Below, one piece after another: positions 1-9,917 of a stretch of DNA of 59,600 nucleotides. Positions within the stretch are counted from its first letter, which is position 1, and each line of letters begins with the position of its first letter. The position numbers and the translations under genes were made by a program. Source of the stretch: Veillonella parvula (GTDB taxonomy: Bacteria; Bacillota; Negativicutes; Veillonellales; Veillonellaceae); contig CAMUQE010000001.1 in assembly GCA_947096075.1 (NCBI GenBank), forward strand, positions 1 through 59,600, given 5' to 3'. A model generated the notes under the pieces. The model searched no databases. It had not been told where the DNA came from and worked only from the letters and a program-made list of their open reading frames with translations.

Positions 1-50
1 AAAATAACTTAATATAATAGAAAAATAATGACTACAATATTAATTAAAGA

Positions 51-1883
51 CTACTTGCCTGCATTAACAGGATCATTTGCTAATGGCTGTTCACCAAGTA
101 ATGTAGTTAAGTTATGTAGATTAAATCGATATTGAGCATTACTAAAATCTCTTGTTGTATCATATCGTTGACTTGGAGCATGTATGAGACCTACTAATGT
201 ATCGTATAGCAAATCATTAGTAAAGAATTGATGCTCGTGTTTAGCAAGCACCTCAGCAGTTTGAGGATAAGTTGAGCGATATTGTGGAGATAGGTATACC
301 CAGAATGGAATATGTGTCATAACAAAATCAAATGTATCAGGGTTATGGGATTTGTCTAAACTTTCACCGTGATCGGAGAAATACACCATAGCTTGTAAGT
401 TTAATTTGTCTTTGCCATAATTGTAAATTTGTTGTAATAACCAGTCTGTGTATAATTGGCTGTTAGCATATGCTTCTTGACCATCAGGATACGGACCTTG
501 TTTCCACTTGCTAAATTCATGTGGGTAACGATCATTGTAGTAAATATGACTACCCATAATATGTATAACGATAAAGTTGTTCTTGGTAGGATCTACAGTT
601 TCTAATAATGGCAATAGAGCTTCATCATATCGATCTGAGAATGCATAAGATTCATGGGCCCATTTTGTTGTGTCTGCAGTTTTAGCCATTAATGAAATAG
701 CTGTATCATATTCACCGAATACACCTTGATTGCTAAACCAAGAAGTCGTGTATCCCGCTTTTTTAGCAATATCTAAGATATTGGCTGAATCAAGAAATGG
801 TTTATCATCGTATTGGTTTCGTTCAGATAGTGCACGCTCCAAGGTTGGTACTGTTTGTACGTAGGATGAATAGGCATTATCAAAGAAGACAAAGTCTTTA
901 TTGTCCGAACGCATATTACCTTGCCATGGAGTGTCGTCATATGGGAAGTTTGGATTATATACTTTCATATAATCTCGAGAACTAGATTCGCCAATGACTA
1001 GAATAATAGTACCAGGTGTTTTGTTCACCGCCGTTTCCTTTGTGTCTAAATTAAAGGAATCAAATACTAAGTGGTGATTATCATTATATTGTTGCATTTG
1101 TTTTACATAATCGCCTGCAGCAATCCAGTTCGCCACAATACAGGTTTGAGGGAACAAGAAGAATGGTACATATACTAAAAAAGCTACAAGGGATGCGATG
1201 AGCATAGCTGACCGCATAGGACGTGTAGTATTTAAGTTTACTACTGCTTTCATTCCTAAGTTAGACCAGTACAATAAATAAGTCCATAAGATAAGACCAA
1301 TACTCACTGCTATAAGACCAGGTATACCAGCTGCATTCTTTAAAAAACCAAATGCTTCTTCTGGATTGGTCATATATACGGCGAGCAGACTGGCTGGCGT
1401 TAAGCAATGCCAAGTAGTCATGTAATAGCCGATCTGTAAGAATGGTATTAAGCTTAAAATCATGGAAATAATAGCCATGATCAAGGACGTTGTCTTATGG
1501 AAACGGTTTGTTTGGTTCAGTAAAAACTGAATGCCTGATAATCCCATGAAGATCAATAAGCCAAATAAAAAATCATTAGCAAATTCATAGAAATATAGCG
1601 GCTTTACATAAGACCAGTGGAATAAAAGCGGAAAGGTAAGTGCCCATAAGATTCCAACTAGGCCATACCCTAAAAAAGGCCTGTGGAAAACGGTACACCC
1701 CATAAAATATTGAAATAAAAAGGTACCTACAATTGTTGGTACTGCTAAAATCGTAATATCTTCTACATCAAGTCCTAAGGTTATGGGCTCATAAATTAAA
1801 AATAAAACGATATATAAAACAATACCTATAATACCAAAGCGAAAAATGGGATTTTGCCCAATTTGCTTCACACTCGATGACAT
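51..1883 (-). CDS. Phosphoethanolamine transferase (EptA/CptA-like, sulfatase superfamily) with multi-TM N-terminus
   Basis: 610 aa; hydrophobic N-terminal ~250 aa, then ILVIGESSSR (metal Glu), YVQTVPTL (nucleophile Thr), HIMGSH, YFSDHGE and HIPFWVY motifs. Confidence 0.85.
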   Translation of the reverse strand: MSSSVKQIGQNPIFRFGIIGIVLYIVLFLIYEPITLGLDVEDITILAVPTIVGTFLFQYFMGCTVFHRPFLGYGLVGILWALTFPLLFHWSYVKPLYFYEFANDFLFGLLIFMGLSGIQFLLNQTNRFHKTTSLIMAIISMILSLIPFLQIGYYMTTWHCLTPASLLAVYMTNPEEAFGFLKNAAGIPGLIAVSIGLILWTYLLYWSNLGMKAVVNLNTTRPMRSAMLIASLVAFLVYVPFFLFPQTCIVANWIAAGDYVKQMQQYNDNHHLVFDSFNLDTKETAVNKTPGTIILVIGESSSRDYMKVYNPNFPYDDTPWQGNMRSDNKDFVFFDNAYSSYVQTVPTLERALSERNQYDDKPFLDSANILDIAKKAGYTTSWFSNQGVFGEYDTAISLMAKTADTTKWAHESYAFSDRYDEALLPLLETVDPTKNNFIVIHIMGSHIYYNDRYPHEFSKWKQGPYPDGQEAYANSQLYTDWLLQQIYNYGKDKLNLQAMVYFSDHGESLDKSHNPDTFDFVMTHIPFWVYLSPQYRSTYPQTAEVLAKHEHQFFTNDLLYDTLVGLIHAPSQRYDTTRDFSNAQYRFNLHNLTTLLGEQPLANDPVNAGK

Positions 1884-1983
1884 AATAAATCCTCTCTAAA
1901 AGGAATACACAATAACATATCCTTTATAATATATAATAATTACAATAATAAAGATAGCAGATGAGTGTAAAAAAAACAATTAT

Positions 1984-2013
1984 TTGAAAGTACTACTATA
2001 TATGCTTTATAAT
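1984..2013 (+). promoter_or_regulatory. Putative sigma-A promoter for the scpA operon
   Basis: TTGAAA (1984-1989), 18 bp, TATAAT (2008-2013) in the divergent intergenic region. Confidence 0.5.
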
Positions 2014-2053
2014 TATATAGTTAAAGTACATTTTTTTCTGAGGATTGGGGTTT

Positions 2054-2764
2054 ATGGGAGATTATAATTACAAGTTGGACGTTTTTGAAGGTCCCCTTGA
2101 TTTGCTCTTGCATCTCATTGAAAAACATAAAATAGAAATCACCGATATTCCTATCGTTGAAATAACGAGTCAATACTTGGAATATCTAGACAATTGGAAC
2201 CATTTTGATATTCATTATAGTAGTGAGTTTCTTGTTATGGCATCTACCTTATTACAGATTAAATCACGCATGTTATTACCTAAGGCTGAACCTGAGCCTG
2301 ATGAAGCCGAGGATCCACGTGATGAGTTGGTAGCAAAATTAGTAGAATTTAAGAAAATTAAGGATATTACATCTCTATTAATGGAGCGTACCACTGTATC
2401 TGCAAACATATTTAGTCGTCCTGAAGAAACGAGTGTGCTTGGATTAGATAGTGTATATAATTTGGAACTTTCACAGTTATATCAAATTTTTTATCAAACT
2501 ATAAAACGAGCTAAAGAGGTACCAGAAGAAGAGATGATTCGTGAGGTAAAGGTTGAAAAGGATACGTATAGTTTAGAGGACATGATTATATCCTTGTCTA
2601 GTCGTATACATCGTGGCGAGTGTCTATATTTTAGGGAGTTATTAGTAGCAATTGAAACGAAAAGTGGTATGGTAACTATCTTTATGGCTGTTCTAGAATT
2701 ATTAAAACAACAAGTTATGGAAATGCGTTATGAAGATGATGACATTATATTCACTGCTACCTAG
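2054..2764 (+). CDS. scpA: Segregation and condensation protein A
   Basis: FEGPLDLLLHLI and SEFLVMASTLLQIKSRMLLP motifs; ATG 2054 preferred over TTG 2045. Confidence 0.95.
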   Translation: MGDYNYKLDVFEGPLDLLLHLIEKHKIEITDIPIVEITSQYLEYLDNWNHFDIHYSSEFLVMASTLLQIKSRMLLPKAEPEPDEAEDPRDELVAKLVEFKKIKDITSLLMERTTVSANIFSRPEETSVLGLDSVYNLELSQLYQIFYQTIKRAKEVPEEEMIREVKVEKDTYSLEDMIISLSSRIHRGECLYFRELLVAIETKSGMVTIFMAVLELLKQQVMEMRYEDDDIIFTAT

Positions 2765-2791
2765 GAGAGGGCTGTGTAGAAAGGGGGCTAT

Positions 2792-3301
2792 ATGAGCTTA
2801 CCAACGATGCATTTAGAAGCTGTTTTGTTTTCAGCGGCAAAGCCTATATCGATAGATATGTTATCAGAAGTGTTTGGGCTTTCCATAGAGGAAATACAAA
2901 AATATATAGAAGAATTACAACGAGAACTAGAAGAACAGAATCGAGGTATTCGAATACGTATATCTGGAGCCGGTATTGAATTAGTAAGCGCTGTTGAATG
3001 TGCTGATTATGTTGGTCATATTCGGAAGAGAGAAGATAAATTATCTAATGCAGCAATGGAAACATTAGCTGTTATCGCCTATAAGCAGCCTATTACAAAG
3101 GCTGAAATCGAAGAGGTTCGCGGTGTAAATAGCGATAAAATTATAAAACAATTATTGTCTAGATCTCTTATAGCTGAATTAGGTCATAAGGATACTGTAG
3201 GTAGACCGATTCTATATGGCACGACTGATGAATTTTTGAGAAGTGCTGGTGTAGAATCGATAGAAGCCTTACATCAAGAAGCTTCGGAAACAGAAGGATA
3301 A
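2792..3301 (+). CDS. scpB: Segregation and condensation protein B
   Basis: LSNAAMETLAVIAYKQPITKAEIEEVRGVNS and GRPILYGTTDEFL; follows scpA. Confidence 0.95.
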   Translation: MSLPTMHLEAVLFSAAKPISIDMLSEVFGLSIEEIQKYIEELQRELEEQNRGIRIRISGAGIELVSAVECADYVGHIRKREDKLSNAAMETLAVIAYKQPITKAEIEEVRGVNSDKIIKQLLSRSLIAELGHKDTVGRPILYGTTDEFLRSAGVESIEALHQEASETEG

Positions 3302-3302
3302 C

Positions 3303-4031
3303 ATGGAACGATTACAAAAATATATTGCCAGTTGTGGTATTGCATCACGGCGTAAGGCAGAAGAACTAATTACAGAGGGTAAGGTACAGGTAAATGGCCG
3401 AAAGGTTACAGAGCTTGGGATTAAAATTAACCCTCAAAAAGATAAGGTTAAGGTTAATGGCCAATTATTGGCTCAGGAAAAGCCTGTATATTATTTATTA
3501 AATAAACCAAAAGGTGTCATTACATCTGTATCTGACCCTCAAGGTAGAGAAACTGTTTTAGATTATATTAAAAATGAATCTAAACGCATTTATCCTGTTG
3601 GACGTCTCGACTTATATACAGAAGGTTTATTACTTCTTACTAATGATGGTGAGTTAGCACAAAACTTAACACATCCCTCTAAAGGTGTGGAAAAAACTTA
3701 TGAAGTGCGCATCAAAGGACGTGTTCGCGATGAAGACTTACAAGTTATAGCTAATGGTGTGAAACTTGAAGATGGTATGACTGCACCTGCTACAATTGTA
3801 GATTTAGGTTTTGATGACCATAACGGTGTACATGAAGTAGAGATTACTATCCATGAAGGTCGTAATCGACAAGTTCGCCGTATGTTTGAACACTTTGGGT
3901 ACCGCATTCATAATTTAAAACGTATTGCCTATGCTGGGCTCACCTTGGGCGGTGTTAAACGCGGTGCTTCTCGTCAGCTTACAATTGGTGAAGTGAAAGC
4001 TCTAAAAGCGTTAGGAACAGGTAAGAAATGA
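3303..4031 (+). CDS. rluB: 23S rRNA pseudouridine synthase RluB family (S4 domain + RsuA-family catalytic domain)
   Basis: ERLQKYIASCGIASRRKAEELI S4 domain; PVGRLD catalytic Asp; EGRNRQVRRM; scpAB-rluB synteny. Confidence 0.9.
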   Translation: MERLQKYIASCGIASRRKAEELITEGKVQVNGRKVTELGIKINPQKDKVKVNGQLLAQEKPVYYLLNKPKGVITSVSDPQGRETVLDYIKNESKRIYPVGRLDLYTEGLLLLTNDGELAQNLTHPSKGVEKTYEVRIKGRVRDEDLQVIANGVKLEDGMTAPATIVDLGFDDHNGVHEVEITIHEGRNRQVRRMFEHFGYRIHNLKRIAYAGLTLGGVKRGASRQLTIGEVKALKALGTGKK

Positions 4032-5275
4032 AACAAATCATAGTCATTGGTGGTGGTGCGGCAGGCTTAATGGCAGCTGTTATAGCTGGCCGTGAAGGAG
4101 CCCGTGTCATCTTATTAGAAAAAATGAATATGGTTGGTAAAAAAATGGGCATTACCGGTAAAGGTCGTTGTAATATTACGAATAGTGCAGATATGGCTGA
4201 ATTTATTAAAAACACTCCTGGTAATGGTAAGTTCTTATACGGTGCCTATGAACGCTTTAGCAATGAAGATCTTCTGGACTTATTGCATAGTTGGGGGTTA
4301 AAAACTAAAGTAGAACGTGGGGGACGAGTGTTTCCTGAATCCGATTCTGCATTAGAAGTACGCAATATCTTTATGAATATTCTCAAAAAGTATAATGTCC
4401 AAGTTCATTTAAATGAACCTGTTACATCGATTACTGTAAAGGATAATCGTGTAGTTGGTGTTACAACCGATAAAGAACAATATGCATGTGATGCTGCTAT
4501 CATTTGTACTGGTGGCGCATCCTATCCATTGACTGGTTCTACTGGTGATGGTTATACTTTAGCCGAAAAAGTGGGACATACTATTACTGATATTCGTCCA
4601 TCCTTGGTACCTATCGTTACAAACGAAACGTGGGTAAAGGAAGTTATGGGGCTTAGTCTTCGTAATGTTGAGGTTTCTGTAGTTTCTAAAAATAAGGTGC
4701 AAGCTAAACAATTTGGGGAGATGATGTTTACCCATTTTGGTCTTACGGGGCCTACAATTCTATCGTTAAGTCACACGGTAGGTAAGTTGCTTCGAAAGAA
4801 GAATCCTCAAATTACTATTGAAATTAATCTTAAGCCTGCCTTGACTGCAGAAGTATTGAATAAGCGCTTGCAAAAGGATTTTGATTTATACTCAAAAAAA
4901 CAATTGGCTAATGGTATGAAGGATTTATTACCGGTGAATCTGATTCCAATTGTTATAAAGCTTGCTGAGTTAAATCCGACTAAACCAATTAATCAAATTA
5001 CAAAGGAAGAGCGTTTGCGCTTATGTCATGTGTTGCAACATATGACATTAACAGTTAAGGAATTACGACCAGTAGCGGAAGCTATTGTAACAGCCGGTGG
5101 TATTTCCTTAAAAGAATTTAATCCTAAAACTATGGAGTCTAAATTGATTGGTGGTTTATATGGTGCTGGCGAAGTACTAGACATTGATGCTTTAACAGGA
5201 GGCTATAATTTACAAGCTGCCTTTTCCACAGGCTATGTGGCGGCTATGCATGCCGTACACGGTGATGAAGAATAG
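4028..5275 (+). CDS. HI0933/YhiN (BaiN/RdsA-like) flavoprotein
   Basis: GGGAAG dinucleotide motif, ITGKGRCNITN, TGSTGDGY, GEMMFTHFGLTGP, GGYNLQAAFSTG. Confidence 0.9.
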   Translation: MKQIIVIGGGAAGLMAAVIAGREGARVILLEKMNMVGKKMGITGKGRCNITNSADMAEFIKNTPGNGKFLYGAYERFSNEDLLDLLHSWGLKTKVERGGRVFPESDSALEVRNIFMNILKKYNVQVHLNEPVTSITVKDNRVVGVTTDKEQYACDAAIICTGGASYPLTGSTGDGYTLAEKVGHTITDIRPSLVPIVTNETWVKEVMGLSLRNVEVSVVSKNKVQAKQFGEMMFTHFGLTGPTILSLSHTVGKLLRKKNPQITIEINLKPALTAEVLNKRLQKDFDLYSKKQLANGMKDLLPVNLIPIVIKLAELNPTKPINQITKEERLRLCHVLQHMTLTVKELRPVAEAIVTAGGISLKEFNPKTMESKLIGGLYGAGEVLDIDALTGGYNLQAAFSTGYVAAMHAVHGDEE

Positions 5276-5283
5276 AGGTTATT

Positions 5284-5967
5284 ATGAGCACTAAAAAAAT
5301 TGCCATTGCTATTGATGGTCCTGCAGGGGCTGGTAAAAGTAGTATTTCTAAAGTAGTGGCCAATGACTTAGGGTATTTATATATTGATACAGGTGCCATG
5401 TATCGTGGTGTTACATGGGCAGTTCTTGATAGTCAAATCGATGTTAAAGATCAAGCTGATGTAGAAGCTTTATTACCATCTTTAAATTTGACTTTAGAAC
5501 CTACTGCAACAGCATGTAAAGTCTATGTTAAAGATAAAGATGTAACATCATTAATTCGCCAACAACAAATTAATGATAATGTATCGACTATAGCGTCATA
5601 TAAAGGGGTCCGACAATATTTGGTAGAACGTCAACAGGCGATGGCTGCTGTTGGGGGCGTTATATTAGATGGTCGAGACATAGGCTCCGTTGTATTACCA
5701 GATGCAGAGTTAAAAATCTATTTAACTGCTTCTGTTGATGCGCGGGCAAAACGTAGATGGCTTGAAGTACAAGGTACGCCAAACGAGCAAACATTAGAAG
5801 AAATTAAAAAGAACGTAGAAAGTCGCGATGAAATGGATAAAAATCGTGAAGAATCTCCACTTATATGTGTTGACGATGCAGTAGTTGTAGATTCTAGCGA
5901 TATGACTTTCGATGAAACTGTGGCATATATATTGAATTTAGTACAGGAGACAATCAATCATGAATAA
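5284..5967 (+). CDS. cmk: Cytidylate kinase
   Basis: IAIDGPAGAGKSS, DTGAMYR and DGRDIGSVVLPDAELKIYLTAS. Confidence 0.97.
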   Translation: MSTKKIAIAIDGPAGAGKSSISKVVANDLGYLYIDTGAMYRGVTWAVLDSQIDVKDQADVEALLPSLNLTLEPTATACKVYVKDKDVTSLIRQQQINDNVSTIASYKGVRQYLVERQQAMAAVGGVILDGRDIGSVVLPDAELKIYLTASVDARAKRRWLEVQGTPNEQTLEEIKKNVESRDEMDKNREESPLICVDDAVVVDSSDMTFDETVAYILNLVQETINHE

Positions 5968-6580
5968 ATTTTCTACCTGGTTATGGCGGACAGCCTTTTG
6001 GCTTCGCTATAAGGTAGGGTATGGGTTGAAAGTATATGGTCGCGATAATTTCCCAATGGAAGGACCTGTTATTGTAGTGCCTAATCATTTAAGTAATAAT
6101 GATCCACCTATTTGTGGTTATGTATTACCTAGGCATGTACATTTTATGGCTAAACAAGAATTATTTGTGAATCCTATATCTCGGTTTATTTGTACATGGC
6201 TTGGCGCGTTTCCTTTAAATCGTGGAGCTATTGATAAGGTTGCCATTCGTCATGCTATGGGGCTACTTAAGGACAATAAGGTTTTAGGCATTTTTGCAGA
6301 AGGCAACCGTCAAAAAAGTGGTAAACTTGGTAAATTTCATGATGGTGCAGCATCAATTGCACTTAGAACAGGGGTTAGCATAGTGCCTGTTGCTATCATT
6401 GGTTCTTATAATATGGAACGCGATAAAGTTGCTTGTATCATTGGTAAACCAATTCCTGTTGAAAAAGCTAAAGCGACTCCAGAAGCAATTCAAAAAGTAA
6501 ATGATAGTGTTAAAAGTGAAATCCAACGAATGATAGATTCTTATCATAACAATTGTATAGAGGAGACTTTATGGAAATAA
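5960..6580 (+). CDS. plsC: 1-acyl-sn-glycerol-3-phosphate acyltransferase
   Basis: NHLSNND (HxxxxD), FMAKQELF, IFAEGNR; cmk-plsC-ispH synteny. Confidence 0.9.
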   Translation: MNKFSTWLWRTAFWLRYKVGYGLKVYGRDNFPMEGPVIVVPNHLSNNDPPICGYVLPRHVHFMAKQELFVNPISRFICTWLGAFPLNRGAIDKVAIRHAMGLLKDNKVLGIFAEGNRQKSGKLGKFHDGAASIALRTGVSIVPVAIIGSYNMERDKVACIIGKPIPVEKAKATPEAIQKVNDSVKSEIQRMIDSYHNNCIEETLWK

Positions 6581-8469
6581 TTTTGGCTGAAAACCATGGT
6601 TTTTGCTATGGTGTAAAACGGGCTGTTGAAATGGCAAATGAAGCTGCAAATAACGATGGTAAAAGCTATACATTAGGGCCTATTATTCACAATCCTCAGG
6701 TTGTAGGTCGTCTTGAAGATAAAGGGGTAAGCCCTGTTCAAGAAGTGTCTGATATCGCAGAAGGGACCATGATTATTCGCTCTCATGGTGTAGGTCCCGC
6801 TATTTACGAAGAGGCAGAAGAGAAGGGCTTACATATTGTAGATGCTACATGTCCATATGTAAAAAAGGCACAACAAGATGCTAAATCCGTTATTGAAGAT
6901 GACATGACTTTGGTAATTTTGGGCGAAAAAAATCATCCTGAGGTCAAAAGCATCAATTTATGGGCAAATAACGAGGGAATAATCATCGAAGATGAAGATT
7001 CCGCTCAAAAACTACAAGTTGTGGAAAAAATGGGCGTTGTTGTACAAACAACCTTTTCACAATTCAAATTTAACAGTATAATAGACATATTAGAGAAAAA
7101 ATCTAAGAATCTTAAGGTTTTCAAAACGATATGCAATGCAACGCAAGAACGACAGAATTCTGCCGTTGATTTAGCACGTAATGTAGATCTTATGATAGTG
7201 ATAGGTGGTAAGAACAGCGGCAATACGAACCGATTGGCAGAGGTTTGTCGTGACGTTGGATGTACAACGTATCACATTGAAACTTCTACTGAATTACAAC
7301 TGGAATGGTTTAACCGAGTACAGACGGTAGGAGTAACAGCAGGAGCATCGACTCCCGACTGGATTATTAAGGAGGTCATTGAGACAATGAAAGATTTTGC
7401 AGAATTATTAGCAGCCGAAGGTCAAGAAGAATTTAAGAAAGGGAATGTTGTAGAAGGTACAGTAGTTCAAGTCGAAGATGAACGAGCTTACGTATCTTTT
7501 GGCTACAAAACTGAAGCCATTTTGAACAGAACTGAAATTTCTTATCCAGCACCAGAATCTGCCAAAGATGTGTTAAAAAATGGTGATGAAATTAAAGCAG
7601 TTATCATGAATCACATCAAAGAAGATAATCCTATTTATCTTTCCATGACTCGCTTGGCTAAAGATGAAGATTGGCAATATGTTATCGAAGCACAAGAAAA
7701 AGATGAAGCTATCGTATGTAAAGGTATTGATGCTATTCCAGCAGGTTTAGTAGTAACAGTTAAATCCCTTCGTGGTTTCATTCCATTGTCCCAAGGTGAT
7801 GTTCATTTCGTGAAATCCTTGGACAACTTGGTTGGTACAGAATTTGAAGCTAAAGTACTTGAAATCGATGAAAAGAAAAACCGTTTGGTTCTTTCCCGTC
7901 GTGCAGTATTGGAAGTGGAACGTCAAGCTAAATTAGCTGAAGCATTGAAAAACATTAACGTTGGCGAGAACTATAAAGGTATTGTTCGTAAAATCATGCC
8001 TTATGGTGCATTCGTAGATATCGGCGGTATTGAAGGTTTACTTCACATTTCCGATATTTCTTGGCAAAAAATTAAAAAAGTGGAAGATGTTCTTTCCGTT
8101 GGTCAAGAAATCGAAGTTAAATTACAATCCTTCGACGCTGAAAGCAATAAATTATCCTTGTCCTTAAAAGCTTTATCTAAGAGCCCATGGGACGTTGCTG
8201 AAGAAACATTGCATGTTGGCGATGTTATTAACGGCAAAGTTGTTCGTTTAGTAGCTTACGGTGCATTCGTAGCTGTTAATGACGACATCCAAGGTTTACT
8301 TCACATTTCCCAAATTACAAAACAACGTAATGCGAAAGTTGAAGATTACTTGAACCGTGGTCAAGAAGTTGAAGTTAAAATCATTTCTCTTAACAAAGAT
8401 GAAAAGAAATTGGGTTTGGCTTTGACTGAGTTGATGGAATTAAAAGAAACTGCAGAAGACGCTGAATAA
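6571..8469 (+). CDS. ispH: Fused 4-hydroxy-3-methylbut-2-enyl diphosphate reductase (IspH) / 30S ribosomal protein S1
   Basis: IspH Cys motifs GFCYGV, DATCPYV, TICNAT and TAGASTP, followed in frame by four S1 repeats (YGAFVDIGGIEGLLHISDISW); ATG 6571 behind GAGGAG. Confidence 0.95.
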   Translation: MEIILAENHGFCYGVKRAVEMANEAANNDGKSYTLGPIIHNPQVVGRLEDKGVSPVQEVSDIAEGTMIIRSHGVGPAIYEEAEEKGLHIVDATCPYVKKAQQDAKSVIEDDMTLVILGEKNHPEVKSINLWANNEGIIIEDEDSAQKLQVVEKMGVVVQTTFSQFKFNSIIDILEKKSKNLKVFKTICNATQERQNSAVDLARNVDLMIVIGGKNSGNTNRLAEVCRDVGCTTYHIETSTELQLEWFNRVQTVGVTAGASTPDWIIKEVIETMKDFAELLAAEGQEEFKKGNVVEGTVVQVEDERAYVSFGYKTEAILNRTEISYPAPESAKDVLKNGDEIKAVIMNHIKEDNPIYLSMTRLAKDEDWQYVIEAQEKDEAIVCKGIDAIPAGLVVTVKSLRGFIPLSQGDVHFVKSLDNLVGTEFEAKVLEIDEKKNRLVLSRRAVLEVERQAKLAEALKNINVGENYKGIVRKIMPYGAFVDIGGIEGLLHISDISWQKIKKVEDVLSVGQEIEVKLQSFDAESNKLSLSLKALSKSPWDVAEETLHVGDVINGKVVRLVAYGAFVAVNDDIQGLLHISQITKQRNAKVEDYLNRGQEVEVKIISLNKDEKKLGLALTELMELKETAEDAE

Positions 8470-8482
8470 TTCATTGTCTAAT

Positions 8483-8518
8483 AAAAGGCTAGCCAAGGTT
8501 TCCTTGGTTAGCCTTTTT
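8483..8518 (+). terminator. Intrinsic terminator after ispH-rpsA
   Basis: aggctagccaagg / ccttggttagcct stem followed by a T run. Confidence 0.85.
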
Positions 8519-8546
8519 GCGTACTTTACTTAGAATATGATAAAAT
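8517..8546 (+). promoter_or_regulatory. Putative sigma-A promoter for the der operon
   Basis: TTGCGT, 18 bp, extended -10 TG-A-TAAAAT (8538-8546). Confidence 0.5.
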
Positions 8547-8582
8547 ATAGTAATGTATTAGATTAGATAATGAGGTGAAACT

Positions 8583-9917
8583 ATGGCAAAACCATTAGTG
8601 GCTGTTGTAGGCCGTCCAAATGTAGGTAAATCTACACTTTTTAATGCCATTGTTAATAAACGTATCTCTATCGTTGAAGATATTCCGGGGGTAACAAGGG
8701 ACCGTATTTACTTCGATGCAGAGTGGTTAAATCGTGAGTTTACAATGATCGATACAGGTGGTATCGAGTTCATTACTGAAAATAGTCATGTTATTCCTAA
8801 GATGATGCGATTACAAGCTGAATTAGCTATTGAAGAAGCGGATGTAATTTTATTCGTCGTCGATGGTAAACAAGGTATTGTACCTGCTGATGAAGAAGTT
8901 GCAAATATTCTTAGAGCTAGTGGAAAACCTGTTGTACTTGTAGTTAATAAGATTGATAGTGTAAATCAAGAGCCGAATATTTATGAATTCTACAATCTTG
9001 GTTTGGGGGACCCCATTGGCATTTCCGCTAAAAATCTTATGAATTTAGGTGATTTGCTGGATGATACTGTTAAACATTTTCCACCAGTTGGCACTAATGT
9101 AGATGATGAAGATACTATTCATGTTGCCGTTATTGGTCGTCCAAATGTAGGTAAATCTTCTTTGACTAATGCATTATTAGGACAAGATCGTGTAATAGTA
9201 TCTGATGTAGCAGGTACTACTCGAGACTCCATTGATACGTATTGGACTCATGAGGGCCAAAAATTTGTACTTATTGATACGGCGGGAATGCGTCGTAAGT
9301 CTAAAATCGAAGAAGCCGTTGAACGATATAGTATTGTCCGCTCTTTGCGCTCTGTAGATCGTGCTGATATTGTAGTTCTTGTACTAGATGCTCAAGATGG
9401 AGTTACAGAACAAGATAAAAAAATTGCAGGTTATGCTTACGAAGCGGGTAAAGGTGTAGTCATTGTTGTGAATAAATGGGATCTTGTTGAAAAAGATGAC
9501 AAAACAACATTGCGATTTACTGAAGATATTTATGATGAATTAGGTTTTTTACAGTTTGCACCTATCCTGTTTGCTTCTGCTTTAACTAAGCAACGTATTC
9601 ACCGTTTAGCTGATATGTTGAAGTTCGTATCTGAACAACAATACCGCCGTGTATCTACGGGGACGTTAAATCAATTATTACAAGATGCACAAACCGTAAA
9701 TCCCGTGCCATCTCGCAATGGTAGAATTCCAAAAATCTATTATATGACGCAAGCTAGTGTTAAGCCGCCTACATTCATTTTATTTGTAAATGAACCAGAG
9801 CTAATTCACTTCTCTTATATGCGTTTCTTAGAGAATCGATTACGTGAATCCTTTGGCTTCGAAGGAACACCGATACGTTTAGTATTACGCGGTAAAAAAC
9901 GGGATGATGAGGAATGA
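8583..9917 (+). CDS. der: Ribosome biogenesis GTPase Der (EngA)
   Basis: Two GRPNVGKS P-loops, DTGG/DTAG, NKID/NKWD, C-terminal FGFEGTPI. Confidence 0.98.
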   Translation: MAKPLVAVVGRPNVGKSTLFNAIVNKRISIVEDIPGVTRDRIYFDAEWLNREFTMIDTGGIEFITENSHVIPKMMRLQAELAIEEADVILFVVDGKQGIVPADEEVANILRASGKPVVLVVNKIDSVNQEPNIYEFYNLGLGDPIGISAKNLMNLGDLLDDTVKHFPPVGTNVDDEDTIHVAVIGRPNVGKSSLTNALLGQDRVIVSDVAGTTRDSIDTYWTHEGQKFVLIDTAGMRRKSKIEEAVERYSIVRSLRSVDRADIVVLVLDAQDGVTEQDKKIAGYAYEAGKGVVIVVNKWDLVEKDDKTTLRFTEDIYDELGFLQFAPILFASALTKQRIHRLADMLKFVSEQQYRRVSTGTLNQLLQDAQTVNPVPSRNGRIPKIYYMTQASVKPPTFILFVNEPELIHFSYMRFLENRLRESFGFEGTPIRLVLRGKKRDDEE

